From Tubulanus polymorphus (taxonomy: Eukaryota > Animalia > Nemertea): 64,000 nucleotides of DNA. The number at the start of each line of letters is the position of its first letter. The first letter of the stretch is position 1. Location of the stretch: positions 7,626,001 through 7,690,000 of the forward strand of contig NC_134031.1 of NCBI RefSeq assembly GCF_964204645.1, given 5' to 3'. A model generated the notes under the pieces. The model made no database searches and was not told where the DNA came from. It worked only from the letters and a program-made list of their open reading frames with translations. Below, piece by piece: positions 48,162 to 61,756 of the stretch. The translations under genes and the position numbers were made by a program.

Positions 48162-48302
48162 TTAACAAATAAAATCCCACAGTTAGATCTGTAAAAACAG
48201 TTTATTTTCCTTCAGAGCAACAAAAAACATTAGTTAAACCCTCGAAACTTTAAGGAAAATAAACTGGTTTTATAGTTCTAACTGTGGGTTTTTATTTGTT
48301 AA
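48162..48302. repeat. Foldback inverted repeat (~50-bp arms)
   Basis: TTAACAAATAAAATCCCACAGTTAGA...TCTAACTGTGGGTTTTTATTTGTTAA. Confidence 0.8.
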
Positions 48303-51300
48303 ACCGGATATATTCTTCTCAGGCATCTGAATTTATGTAAGAATTTCCAGTTTAAATGCGAACACGCAAGCCTGTAATGCCTCTAACCGATCGATAGCCA
48401 ATCGATATCCAGCCATAAACCGGCCAGTAGTAATCCGGCCGCTATCGTTGTAACTATTCTGTATCAAATCATAACGACTAGCACGATGATACTGATTGTA
48501 CATTTAATACATAAGTACATAAGTACAGTTATACGGAGATTGATTTTGAATAATTAATCAGCTCATTCACCACTGAGATGATGTTATTGATCTTGTGGAT
48601 ATTATCACATAGACTTATGGTTTGATATGTGATGTTTATTACTTTATTTTCAAAGTATGAATGTCTTTTAATTACAATAACGATATGGTAGAATAGCCAC
48701 GCTCGGAAAGATTAAAATCGATTTTTATTTATCATTTATCGTACCTGACGATAATCTCTAGTGAGAGATCAAAATGTGGTGTATTTTGTTTTTAATGCTT
48801 GACACATAATTTTGATTTTTAACTTTTAAATTCTGTATGTAGTGGGTTTTAAACTTACAGTAACAATAGTTTTGTTCATACATATGAAGGGCTTATTCGA
48901 TTCCGTGTCTGTTAAGTTCATTTGATCTTTGGTGGTAAATTCTAAATTTTTGTCACATTGTGGTGGTCAATACTGCGCTTACTAAAGCTGCGATCACACA
49001 AAGACTATTTGGGCCAAACTAGCTATGGCCAGACTGATTTTGGCCTCTATTCAATAAGAAAGCGTGTTCCCAAAAATCACACTCATGACGATAAAGTAAT
49101 ATCAAAACAATGCTATCGCACTTCCTGAACAAGTGAACGTTGGGTAAAATTTGGTATGGGTCTGGTCCAACATATTTGTTTGGGCCAAATTTGGCCCATA
49201 TCAAACAGGCACTGATCCATTTGCCAACGATATGAACATTTGGCCCAGCCTAATCTGGCACAGACCAAATTTGGCCCAAGATAAAAAACATTTGTGTTAT
49301 AACACCGTGCCAAACAAAAATAATGTTCTCTATGTATAAATAACTAAGTGTCTTGTTGCGCCATCTGGTATATGCTGCCAGTACCCTTCTTGATCATAAA
49401 CCAAGTCACAATGCACAGGTTTATATTATTTGATACCTGAATTTCAGTGTTTGACCTCTTGGATGTTAGAATAATTAGTTTGTCTGTCTTTCATTAAGTT
49501 TGTGATCTATATGATTATTTGTCCCTGAGGTTCTGGGTATTGATGTAGGCGTAGTGTTTCTATGAAAATGGGCACGGACATTGGTTATGTATTAATTTCC
49601 GTAGAAATCCCAGAAAATCATGATATGCAATACTACGCGAACAGGATGTAGCCCATGCACATTGAAGCTTGAAGATATATTAAATCCACTGTTTTTCTCC
49701 TCATACTACGATAATGCATCTGTGAGCTCGATGTCGGAATTACCACATTTGTAATCTATTGAATTTTTTTAAGGAAATTTTTAACAGCAAATGGTACTCT
49801 GGAACTACCCTTGTATAACTGGAAAAATACCCTTTCGCCAGAAGTTTCGACAAGACTGTCACTTTGTCTTACACAAATTGTCCTTTTCAGATTTTTTTCT
49901 GGGATCATTTTCTGCCTTTATGACGGTTAAAGTGAATTGAATTAAATCGGCACTCAAAATTTCTAGGAGTTCAATGAAATGGCAGTGCATAGTGGGAAAT
50001 CCCTCTGGTGCGTAATCTCAACCTGAAGTTGTTCAAGATCAGTCAAAAGGATATTCAAAGTTTTTTACGGATTTTAGAGATATTTCAGCTCGCTGCTTTC
50101 ACATGGTCACTGCTCTCAATTGTTGCGTTCAATAAACCTGAGGATTGCCAGCAAAATTTCTACATTCCATCTTCGTATACTTTGAAATCGTCCGTTATCA
50201 CTGGCCCAGGTATAGTCGCATAATCAGTGCAATTGACAGGCTATTCAACGCGAATTTTCACACATACAAAAATGGTATGTTTTAGAATTTAGAGCTGACC
50301 TGGCTCCGTCTTATTGGTCATTCTAGATTGATCCGTCCTGAAATTGAACGGACTAAGATTAGAAGGTGCTAAAAAAGCTGTGTAGATGCAGCTTACGTAT
50401 TCCGCCTTTCTTATTGTTATGAGGCACTCTCCTGCGACATCAGACTGTGCCCATAGTTGGTCGGTTGATACATAACGTGTACACAAATAAAATCAGGCTT
50501 AAGCAAAGCAATTACAGTATCAGTGGTCAGGGGAATACATTTCATTGGTCGAATTGAATTTTCTCCCGTGGGTGTAGCTCCTATGCGGGGTGGCTCGTTG
50601 GTAAATCTTATTTATCAATGACATCTGTATACCGTATATAACCAGTTCTGTGCAGCCTTCATGTCAATAGAAGGATGCGTCTGTTCAAGAATGGAGTATA
50701 GCTCATGTCGTACGGTCTGCCGCTGCAACCGGAGAGAACGTGTGCAACAACAACATCGGCGGCAGCAGCAGCAGCAGTAGCAGACATAGTGTTTCACGAT
50801 GATATACCATCGTACACACTAGAATCGAGGGGATTAACGTTGTCCGTTTATAGCGATCGTTTTGAATGCGTTGTTCAGTTAATCATAAGTAAGGTACGTT
50901 GTTCGTAGTCTAGGCTTATGATTACTGTCGCGTTGATTGTACGTAGTTGTCGATTGATAATTGCCCTTGCGATTGTCGCGCTTATATGTTATAATTTTCA
51001 GTTTGGACAACGCATACCCCACCTCCGGTACGTGAATTATTGAAAAGGATGAATTATAGTTACGGTGCCGCGCTTGTAGAAACATTTGGCAGTTAATCAA
51101 TTGGAAATGAATTCATATTTGACGTTCTTTAATATCCTGGTTCTGTGAATTAGAGTTAAGTCAGGGTTTGCAGTTTGATTCCATCCCTCAAAAAGTAGTT
51201 CATTTCAGAATATCACAGGGTAGGCTTAGAGCATCATGTCTGATTTTGACTTGAATATGATTCTCATCTACCCTATGAATCTATTACAGAGCTGCAAACT

Positions 51301-53807
51301 TTCCCAGTAGTTGTTATGATTTGATTACGAGAAATGCTGATTTGATTTGTTTGATGCATACAGAAATATGAAAGATGTTACTGAGGGTCTTACTGATTAA
51401 TATGAACATTTTCATTGATATTTCGATGAAATCTTAATGTATGAAATTCAATTTGTTACTGATAGCACTTGTCAGAGGAGGTTGACAGCCCTGTTGTTAA
51501 GATTAGTTAATTTATTTTAGGTACATTGTAAATCTAAACACTATTAATTGTTATTGCAGATAATATCTGTGTAGTTATGTGATGAGTATTGGTGACTATC
51601 AAATTCAAACTAATGTCATCCCATTTATTCGGTAAATGAAAATTTCTCATTGAGAATAGCGTTGTGTGCCCCATACCCAGTACGTATGTACACGGTGGTG
51701 AGTTTTGCATTAAGCAGGTTATGACGAACCATGCAATATCCAAAAAGGGCTTCATTTGAATAATGAATTTTCAGAAATCGAAAAAAAATTAGGGCTTGTC
51801 CTATGTATTCCCGGTTCAATAGGCCTGTAGGTATATAACACTGGCATTGAACTCCTTAGATGGCCTTGAACTGTGAGCATTGCCTTTGGTGTGTGCACCT
51901 TACAAAGAGTCCACTTATGTTAAAAATCGATCAATAACGTGGCTACGAGCCTGTGTTTATTCGTTCTAAAATGCTCCTGATTAATTCACGGCCACTGAAT
52001 CAAAAAAGTTTGAAGTTCTGGCCTGAAGAACACCTGTGGTTCGAGTGGTTTTTCTCGCGAGTTGGTACAGCAACTATTACGCTCATGCATGCGTCAGATT
52101 GGCTGCACCAGCCAGAAATGATTATCAGTGTGTGTGACAAGTCGAAACTCAGTCGGTTTCTCATTATTGGCGCAAGAGGTAAATCTTGGGTTTCCTCAAA
52201 TTCAATCAGTTGTATAATCTGCCACATCTGTGTTCTCTTCTATGTATGTGTATGTACGTATATCAGGTGTGATGAATTTTTGTGTCTACGACATAATATC
52301 ACTTACAGCGCGAACGTTTTACGGAAATGAGCTATGAAATGTTCGCCAATCTATTTGATAGAATTTTATCGGCTGTCAGAGTATTGGATAATGTGAGTTA
52401 TACATATCGCTATAAGTCTGAAATGCGATTGGTCGGCGATGTCAGTCGGAAACGGATTGCACGAAATTGAACATTGCTATTTATCAGTATACGGGAAATT
52501 GATGAGTTTTTGATTGTGCTTATTTACTGGCCGATGGATTTTCAATGCCATTTCCGTTTCACCTTATATTGTACATTGAGGTACATGATTTCTCAAGTCG
52601 AATAGCTTTTAAAATCAAATTGATGCTCTATAAACCATTAATCCGGCACACCAAAACTGAAATTTGGTATTTCGTTAGCCAGAAATGATATATGGCTGAA
52701 ATTTTTACAGGGGTAGGGTACGTTTTGGGGTGTATGAACCAGACTTTCAGTACCATGGCAACAATTGCACTTTTGCTAAAATCTGTTGTCAAGGTTACCA
52801 CGTTGATGATTCCAGAGCCTATTCGATCCTGTGAATAAGATATATCTTTTAAACTACTTGTCGTATGACAATTCTGTTGAGGTACCCATTATCGAGGATG
52901 GGCATAATATAATATATGATATGATTTATTTTCATCTTTATGTCATCCAAGATTATTGTACAAGATATAATATAATACATAAGATGAGGGACACAGGGCA
53001 AGCCTAGGGCTGTACATATAATTACAAGGCACTGTGCCCATGTGCCATATGTGCAAGGTGCAAATACAAATAGATCAATTTCTCCTGGGCCAAATCGTCT
53101 CCGTGTGATCGCGGCTAATATATTGATTTATGACGTGTATCAACGAAATTCATATTTTCATGCTTGAAAATATTTGCATGCTTGCAAGCCGATATTGCTG
53201 TCACACGGATTGATAACTTGCTAGGGGAGTCGATAACTTTCGTTAGAAACTTTTTGGGCTCTGATATTAACACACATTTAATGCTGTAATAAAATCTAGG
53301 TTCCTTTCGTATATTGGCTATATCGGTTGTCGTGTTCATTGTTTTATGATTTTTTTTAATCGTTTTTGTTATTTAAGCAGCGCATACCAACCTTGGTTGA
53401 GCTTGCGTGATCAGTCTTGAAATTGGTATTCATGCGCGACATATTGCTGCTGACAATTCAATTCATTCTTTATTGACACAATTAAAATTTCATAATAAAA
53501 CATTTACTTTCACGTTTTAGAAAAATTCTTTTAATTTTCTTTTACTTTCATTGGGTGCTTGCGTTAGCAGCCATTTGAAAAATCTCTGTATGAACATTTA
53601 TATTTTTCAGTTTATCTAAAACTTAAAAACCGCTTTTACTCTGAAATAAATTCTGAATTGAATTGAATTGGTAAACTGGTTCCCTGTCTCTTCAAAGAGC
53701 CAGAGGGCAGTAGTCTATGGTGGCAATAAACTTTATCGGATGATCGTAGTGGATTGTCATTTGAAGGAAATGCAACTTATATTTGCTTAATGTCTTTATT
53801 AAGAAAA

Positions 53808-54926
53808 GAACATGAAAATTAATTTTAATAAATTATTTGACGCCTGGGAAAAAAATGTAGAATTTCTTGGATAAGCTAATGTGGAATTGTAAATTTGAAA
53901 TCGAAGTTTTAAGAAATTTGGGGAATTATGAGATTTGGCGATTGGGTAGATGATACAGGTCTTCGACTGGTCTAATTTTTTTCGTATTAAAAATTGTCAA
54001 CTTGCTACCGACTTCAATTCACTTGCCTCCATGGGTGAAGAAAGAGCTGTAATGTCTGCTTCATCATTACTTTGAGCATATCGTGTAGCCAGCCGGCCCG
54101 GTCCCCGATATCACTCGATATCCTAGTCTCCGAGTCTGGGTTGAAGTAGACATTGTCATTTAAAATAACTTGTTTATGTTATTATGGTTTGAATGACCCG
54201 TGTGTCTTGTATGTTGTATTTTCTTATTTTGAAATTTGTAACTTTATTAAATTTGGGAATTTTATCCCCGAATTTCAATGTAATAAGGATCAATAAAGAA
54301 TTGAATTGAATGGTCAACTCATAAACATGCCATCAGAGGACGCGGAGCCATATATATGACAGCTATGATATTATACATTGCTAATCTCATGAAACCTGCA
54401 TACCCCTAATATCGAACATATTTTCTAAAACATTTGAATATTGAAACTATATGTTTACACATTTTTATATTGACCACTTGTAGCCGCTGATGAAATTCAC
54501 GCCGGCCCTACACAGATTGTAGATAGCTTCGTCATTCCACCAGCATCCCCATGTCAGGGTCTGACTTTTATATCAGACTTCCGCATCGTGTATACATTTG
54601 CCATTTAACCGAATAATCTGATTTACCTATCATTTCTATTTATGCCTGCCGCTTCTGATATAATCATACATCCTTTACTATTACAATACATCTTCTAAGG
54701 ATATTCAATGCAATATAACATTTTGAGGTTCAAATAGAGCTCATTATATAATCACAGGAAGCCATTCTACATTGTTGTCAATAATATTTCGCCAAACAGC
54801 TTGTATGTGTGCACTGTGATGTTTTGCACATCGATTTATGGTTGTCGTTTGTAAAATGACGCTGAATGATTAACATTGTTTAGGTTTCATAATGGTAACG
54901 TTTTATAATTATAAGGCGTCAAAAAA
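53808..54926 (+). mobile_element. HINE-like family C, second copy
   Basis: Reverse complement of 41810-42964 with high identity by eye. Confidence 0.8.
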
Positions 54927-57034
54927 TCGTATCTCCTATCAATTTTCGTGTTCGCTTATCTTCACCTGAAGTCACTTGAGTTAGTCATGTTTTTTCTTTC
55001 AGCTGTAAATTTTTGTATACAGCAAAATCATTTCAACACAATCCGATAAGTAATCTAGCAATTATCAACATGATGATAGATTCTGTTAAGACACTACAAT
55101 ATTCAAATAACAACTATCTAAAAGCTTGTACTAACTTGGTTCAGGTCTACAATAAAATCATTCCAATCCCCAGTCCCGGGTGTAACATTTCATGTAACGA
55201 TGTAAGACAACACCGATCTCTAAGTTCTTTAAAAATCAATCAGTTCAAAGTTCGATTAATTCTACTACAGAAATGCAAAACCACCGAGCAAGTTTTCAGT
55301 CCAACCATGTCAGCAAGCCCATTTTAGAATTTCTTGCTTGTTGACAATTTTTTTCCTTGGATGCCCTGTAATCTGGATTGGAAACAAGGAATAGGAACTG
55401 AAGAGAACCATTTTGCGGTGCATTGGAACTGCAATTTCATGGACAATACAGTTGAATCATTGTAGTCACCCCAAGGTTGAATAATTTTGCTATTCCATGT
55501 TACATTTACGCTATTACGTTTATCCAACTTTAGGAAATAATGAAATGATCTCTGGTCGATGATTTGGTCGCAGCATTTTATGGTACAGGCTTTCGGCCGA
55601 TTGAAATATCCGTGCATAGAATTTCATCTGTTACCTGTGGTTACCGCTATTCAGTGCTTAGTGATAATTGTTAAATCTATCTTCCTTCGTTGTAGGGAAT
55701 GGTTGTTGATTTGGTAAATAAATTTTGAAGTGGTTAGCAGCAGTTATGAGGTGAGTACTCGTTGTTTAACAAAAGAAATCAATTGGGGTAAATATCTACT
55801 TGAGTGAGAAGAATATTGAATTTGTTGTATTGCCGACGGTAACTCAATCTAGAAAACTCTTTAGAACAGCCCAGGAACCCATTTAATCAACACATCAACA
55901 TTTGTGGTATTTTCCTATACCTATACTATTTAGTTGTAAATATATACCCGTTATCTATGATATTGCTGATCGGACGTCCAGAAGATTTAGAAAGTGTAGC
56001 AACGGAACGAGAATCGCGGAATACCGAACTGAACGGAATTTTATTGGTCAACGATAGTTCACCTGTTATGGAATCGTCAGGGAATGACAAAATTCTGTGA
56101 AATGCTCGGCACTTTTTTAACGGGGTTCACTTTGAACTGGTAAAAACATCCGCATGTGTTTTTCTAAGCGCAGAAATCGTGTCGTTAATCATGATCTTTG
56201 CATGTGTGGAATTTTTATGAATGAATGATTACGTGTGACCATGGACTCAAAAACGACGAGTCCATGATGTGACAGAATGATTTGCGTATTGGTAGGTGTC
56301 AGTTGTAACATAAATTGTATCGTAACTGAACAATATTCTGTGTAGGGTTAGCTGCAGATACATCAGCAGGTGCCCCGTTGACCAGCGGTATCAGTCTACT
56401 TGTTTTAGACCCGGGTTTATTTTAGATTGAAAATTGAATCGTGTTTCAAGTTCGATTTCTCTGAAATCTTATAGTTTTTAGGAAGTCATTTTTTGGCACC
56501 ACAGACAACTAATCTTTGACGATTGTGCAAGGGTTTGGCAAAATACCTTTTACTCAAGTTGGTGCTGTATAATGGCACAGATGACTTGATATGCCTTATA
56601 TTAGCTATGTGTTTAGATTGCCTATCCAATTGAATTCTTTTAAGCAGAGATCAAATCCAATTCAATTAAATTTTATTCAGCAAAAAATATCAAATCCAAT
56701 TCAATTTCAATTTGGTGAGCTGGTGCCTTATTCAATAAAATATTGTCCTAAGGCACTTTTTCAGAAATCATTTATACATCATAAAAGTGTGGCTTACCAT
56801 AAGCTTGAATATGAAGATAGATTTTAAGAGCTGATCTAAAATTGTTGAAATTTTCAATAACTATCAGGTAAAACACTCCCCAAAGCATTGGTCCGAAAAC
56901 TTGGCGTGGAGTTTCCATTTCTTCAAACGCTACTAGTCCTACAGTTTTAATCAGATCAATTCCAAATTTAGTATGAATGTTCTATGGACCAAGGCCTATG
57001 AAGTTGCAGAGCCATTTTTTGGATTCTTCCCCCA

Positions 57035-57877
57035 CAGGGGCGGATCCAGACCATATTAGCCATATTGCCCAATACGGTCTAGAATTTTTAAGTGCCCTTC
57101 GAAATTTCACCGGCAATATTTTTGACGGCATTATTTCAGCAACCGCTAATTCCGTGTCCGTAATCCGGGCATAATTATAAAATTAATCGGTATATACTGC
57201 TGCCGAGAAAGTGAGGAGAGATAATCATATTTGTAAAGCCTTTAATCATGATAAATTAAAAAGGGCACTTTCCTTTTGCAAGGGGCACTCATGCTTTAGA
57301 TGAGGGCACCTTGTCCTTGCCTTTTCAGGGAGGGCTAAACGGGCACTCGTACTTTAGAAGAGGGCACTATACGCGGAAAATGTTGAAGAAAAGGGCACTT
57401 TTTTGCCTAATTCTTAAAATTTTTGGGGCACTTTTGGTTTGGAAGATGGTACACGACATAAGGATAAATGTGAAGACGAGGCAATTTTTGCCGATTGTTA
57501 ACAATGAAGGTGCACTTAGCCGTATTCTGTATAATTGTTAAGGGGCACTTTTAAAGATTATAGGGGCACTAGGCGAAGTTGGCGACAACCATTCTTTCAT
57601 GGGTTCGCCAGCTTCATTTTTTATCCGCATCTGTTGAAATCTTGTCTCGAATTCGTTTATTCTGGATTGCTCTGCTAGCCTCTAGAAGCCCTCTAAAAGC
57701 CTTTAAATGGTACCATATTTTCAAAATTTTCTGGGGGTGGGCCCCCGGACCCCCCTCTAAGGACTTCGCGCCTTCGGCGCTCGCATTGACCTGGATACTG
57801 GGTGTGCCCTAAGATCAGAAAGGTGCCCTTAAATTTCCTTCCAATACTGTCTACCCATCCCCCTGGATCCGCCCCTG
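57035..57877. mobile_element. CAG-terminated (hAT-like) MITE, 5-bp TSD CCCCA
   Basis: 15-bp TIR CAGGGGCGGATCCAG and many internal GGGCAC repeats; inserted into a tandem-unit repeat (~56905-58070). Confidence 0.85.
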
Positions 57878-60279
57878 CCCCAGGGGCGCCCCTTGGGGTG
57901 GAATTTCTATTTCTTCAAATCGCTACTAGTCCTACAGTTTTAATCAGATCAAGTCCAAATTTGGTATGAATGTTCTATGGACCAATACCTACAAAGTACA
58001 GAGCCTTTTTTGGATTTGGCCAAAAGGGGGCACCACTAGGTATGTAGCTTCTATTTCTTCAAATCATACAGCGGAGCTATATAAGACGATAGGCTCATTG
58101 TTTAAATCTCAAAAAACTGATAATGATTCTTATAGAAAACTTTTATGGCGTAATCGATTGCTTTACCTTAAAAATCAACTATTTGCTTTAAAGTGACCTA
58201 TGAAATTGGGCCGCGGAAACTAATGACTTGAATCTGAGCTGGACAGTCCCTTCTTGTTTTATCACGTAGATACCAGGTCTGTGAAACCCCAAATCTGCAT
58301 TCGAATATGCTTTCATTTCGGTGTTGAAAATTTCTCGACTAAAGCATTGCATTTATTGTTGATGCGCTAAATGCCTGAAGATACATCTACCAAGAGAAAT
58401 CATTCATTCAATTGATTTCTCGAACTGACTTATAGTTTGCAAATGTTGAAGTAACATACTCGGTTGACTTGTCAATGTCTGATATTGCAGTCGCTCTAGG
58501 CTAAGGCATTAAATATCACCCTTTCAAACATCTTTTAATGAGTTAATGCGTATCTTTGAGACTGATTTTTACTGCCGTCTCGATATGTGAGTTAGCCTGT
58601 AGTGAAAATCTGTAGTTATCTGTTACCGTATTAATTTTCCCGTATTAATTAGTTTTTTGGTTGTGATCTGTAGCAGATTTCCTTTTTGCTTGTTATGTCT
58701 AATGAGCAACAATTAATCGAATTTCTTGATATCAACGATGGTTTCATAGATGTTCTCATAATATAAATAATATACATGTATATAATGGTTTAACAAAACT
58801 AATTGTTCTAACTCGTCTTTCGGGGAAGCTCCAGCTACGATTAAATCCTGAGTTATGCAACAATGAGAAAGCTAGTAGTTTTCAGCACTTAACGTAGACG
58901 ATTTTATTCTTTAGATTCTCAATCGAGTAGCTTGGGAATTTGCCTGCAAGATGTATCAGGCTCCAAGACTCGTCTCAAACTCAACTGCTGTTCATGGATT
59001 TACATTCTATTTATATAATACTATAAAAGTTGACAGACATGTTTGAGCACACCATTAATTACAAAACAAACTGTTATCACAGGTGTCGAATTGACAGATG
59101 TCTAACTGATTGTGTGAGTAATAATTGATTAATGGTGAATTAAAACAACAGCGCGATTAAAAGTATACATGTATATTATTTTTGCTAAAATGGCCCCAAA
59201 AGAATTTTAAATATGATTTTATATTTCATATTGTCAGTTAGTATGTTTTTATAGAAGCTGGCTCTTGAACGTAATGAATAGAACCCCGAGAAGGTGACAA
59301 CGTTCCCTGAGACTAAGAGATTGACAATGCAATAATTGGTTATTCAACACTACACTAGCGACAAGTACACTGCAACAACTACGCAATTTATCAGTGACAT
59401 CGAAACTGAAAGCAATTTATCAGCGACATTGAAGCTGAAAACTGTTTCGCGCACACTAGCAACAACTACAAAGCGATCTTTATTCATGTAATTTATGATA
59501 CTTTGAGTAAATGTTATAGATTTATTTTTGAAGTCAACTTGAAACAATTTGATATAAATACTTCTATTCATCCAATTAGAACATACAATCCTGAAGAAAA
59601 AGTTTCATGTATATATCATACATGAAAATGTATATCCGATAAAAGTACTTCTTTTTTACATTATTCAGGTGCAGGAGGAATAATCATGCTTACGTTATAT
59701 TTATATTATGAGAACATTTCAGAACAATTTAAACATGTGACCACATGTTAAACCTTTATGTTGAGTATTCTATTTTAATAAAAATTGATTGAATATTTGA
59801 TAAATGTTTATGTACAAAATGTCACTTATGATATTTTAAAGAAATAGTAAGAATATTAAGACTTTTTAGAATAAGTCATTAGAATTTATAACGAAGTGAT
59901 TTTAGATTGACTTATCCCAATACTGACCTTACAAGTAAGACATATACAGCAAAAGCAAATAGAAAAGAACAATGCAATATAACTATTTACATAAATTGGC
60001 CTGGGGACCTGTGAAACGTAGAATTTCGTATAGTTTGACTGGTTATCTCATGTTGTTTTCCAGTAGTGCCACCTATCAGATAAGAATAATGCCTTTGTCA
60101 TTTATACCTTATTGAATAAAGAAGTTTGTTAACCCTTTCTAGGCCAGATTGTTAGAGAGACTGCTCAGTGACGTTCTACGTCTTTCCCAGACCACAAAAT
60201 TTAGATATACATTGATTCGGCTCTTTCAAAGTAAGTTACGAGACGGGTAGTACTATATTGGTTAACTATTTATTTGACA

Positions 60280-60320
60280 CACGAGCTTTCGCTACTAATG
60301 TATAGAAGCTTCATCAGGTG
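60280..60320 (-). ncRNA. Minimal type-I hammerhead ribozyme motif (inverted copy, CUC cleavage triplet)
   Basis: Minus strand reads CAC-CTGATGA-A-GCT..AGC-GAAA-GCTC-GTG. Confidence 0.72.
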
Positions 60321-60344
60321 AATGAATGACTTGTTACTCTCATC

Positions 60345-60385
60345 CACCTGATGAAGCTTCTATACATATTTAGCGAAAGCTTGTG
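60345..60385 (+). ncRNA. Minimal type-I hammerhead ribozyme motif
   Basis: CAC-CTGATGA-A-GCT..AGC-GAAA-GCTT-GTG: stem I CAC/GTG, stem II GCT/AGC, palindromic AGCT stem III. Confidence 0.7.
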
Positions 60386-61330
60386 CGTCAAATAAATAGT
60401 TAACCTATATAGTACTACCCGTCTTGTTACTTATCTTAAACCAGGTTAGCACGGCTACTCTACGAATATTCTCTTTCAAAGTGGCATTTTACAGCTGGTC
60501 CTGTCTTCTCTTGGGCCTTTTAGTTTTATATATACTTAACATTAGTATATGTCAAGGATTTTAGATAATGTTTGATTGTCTTGAGATGCCCTCTTAGTCT
60601 TAGAGTCATTATAGCAATACACTTTGCTTGGAATGATGTTATCTGATTTGTCAGTCTGTATTTGTCTCCATGGATACAGTTTGGATAAGTCTTAAACGGA
60701 TGTTTAATGTAAAGTTAATGTGGCGGCTGTCTTCATTAGCGGCTATAATAGAATTCATTGGGTATAACATCCTGATATTCTGAACGATCTGTGAATTGTT
60801 TGAGAAAGAAATAATGAACTTCAAAGTTGAGTCCCCCAAATTTAATGCGAGTGACAAAAATTGGTCACATTTTTTTTTAATCGCTTTTCATGTTGCCTTG
60901 TTGAGAATTTGAGAAAATAGTTTTATGCAATTGATATTTTCTAATATTCACACAGTTTGAATGTTACCGAAGTCCATCTAAGAACTGGTGAATTATGATA
61001 AAGCACGTATCGCAAGTAGTTTTTAGAAAAGATGAAAAAATAATCAGTACCTGAACAAAATGGTGGCTAGCAACTGTAATATGGTTTATTGTGCAATCAA
61101 ACGAATTGTCATGAACAAAACAAAGTTCTATGCAGGTCTATTCTTGACTCAGGAAAAAATTCTCAGAGATTTTAATGCTAGCTGGTAAAACCCTCAATCT
61201 AGCTATCACGGGACTCGACCTTAACCTCTAGCATGCCAGTCCTGTGCACTAACCACTAGCGCAGTGAGCCGTAGTTGGCCAAGTGTGTCTGGCCACTGTG
61301 GTGACCCACCCAGTCCGGTGTGGCAACTAT

Positions 61331-61590
61331 AGCTACGGTCACACAAGCATTTTTGGCCAATGCCAAAAATTTCAGACCAGGCCCTAGAAAATTTTAACAC
61401 AGGTCAAATCGTTGCGTGTGAATTGCAATGGGTTCTAAAAGTGATTCACTTTGAGCACTGTTTAGTATGGTTAGCACTGTGAGTGGTTTGCACGTGGACA
61501 TGCTTCTGAATTAGGCACAGGTAAAATTTGACTCTGCCCTGATCTGTGCCAATTTTGCCGGGGCCAAATCGTCTCTGTGTGATCGTGGCT
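61331..61590. mobile_element. Harbinger-like MITE (AGCYGCGATCACAC family; relatives at ~45102, 48986 and 53116)
   Basis: Imperfect TIR AGCTACGGTCACAC / GTGTGATCGTGGCT. Confidence 0.6.
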
Positions 61591-61756
61591 TGATTGCTGT
61601 TGGGGCCAATGCCAGGAATTAACAAGGTCACTGCAGTTATTAGTTCTAAATGTATTGGTAGATGATATTCCAGTGTTTGGAGGAATTCATTAAAATCTGA
61701 ACTGCGATTGGTAAATTCTATTACGCCGCGCCTGTGAATCATCTGCCATCAATTTA

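Larger units (their letters stand above)
60233..60470. mobile_element. Penelope-like inverted pLTR insertion with 12-bp TSD
   Basis: CTCTTTCAAAGT at 60221-60232 and 60471-60482; ~95-bp inverted arms, each with a hammerhead motif and AATAAA. Confidence 0.75.

Noticed and set aside
50705-50908. Poly-Ala/Gln ORF as a protein-coding gene
   Set aside because: Driven by a short CAG repeat with no recognised homology; at most a UTR exon.
41810-54926. A single giant transposon (Polinton or foldback) with 1.1-kb TIRs
   Set aside because: Each arm has its own HINE-like ends, end fragments occur separately elsewhere, and no TSD or internal ORFs were seen.
58300-61150. L1/Tx1-like LINE remnants (KFGGLNF near 60830, minus strand)
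   Set aside because: Too degraded to support without a profile search.
61200-61272. tRNA-like heads here and at ~31990-32110
   Set aside because: Only degenerate A/B boxes; probably old SINE fragments, not callable.
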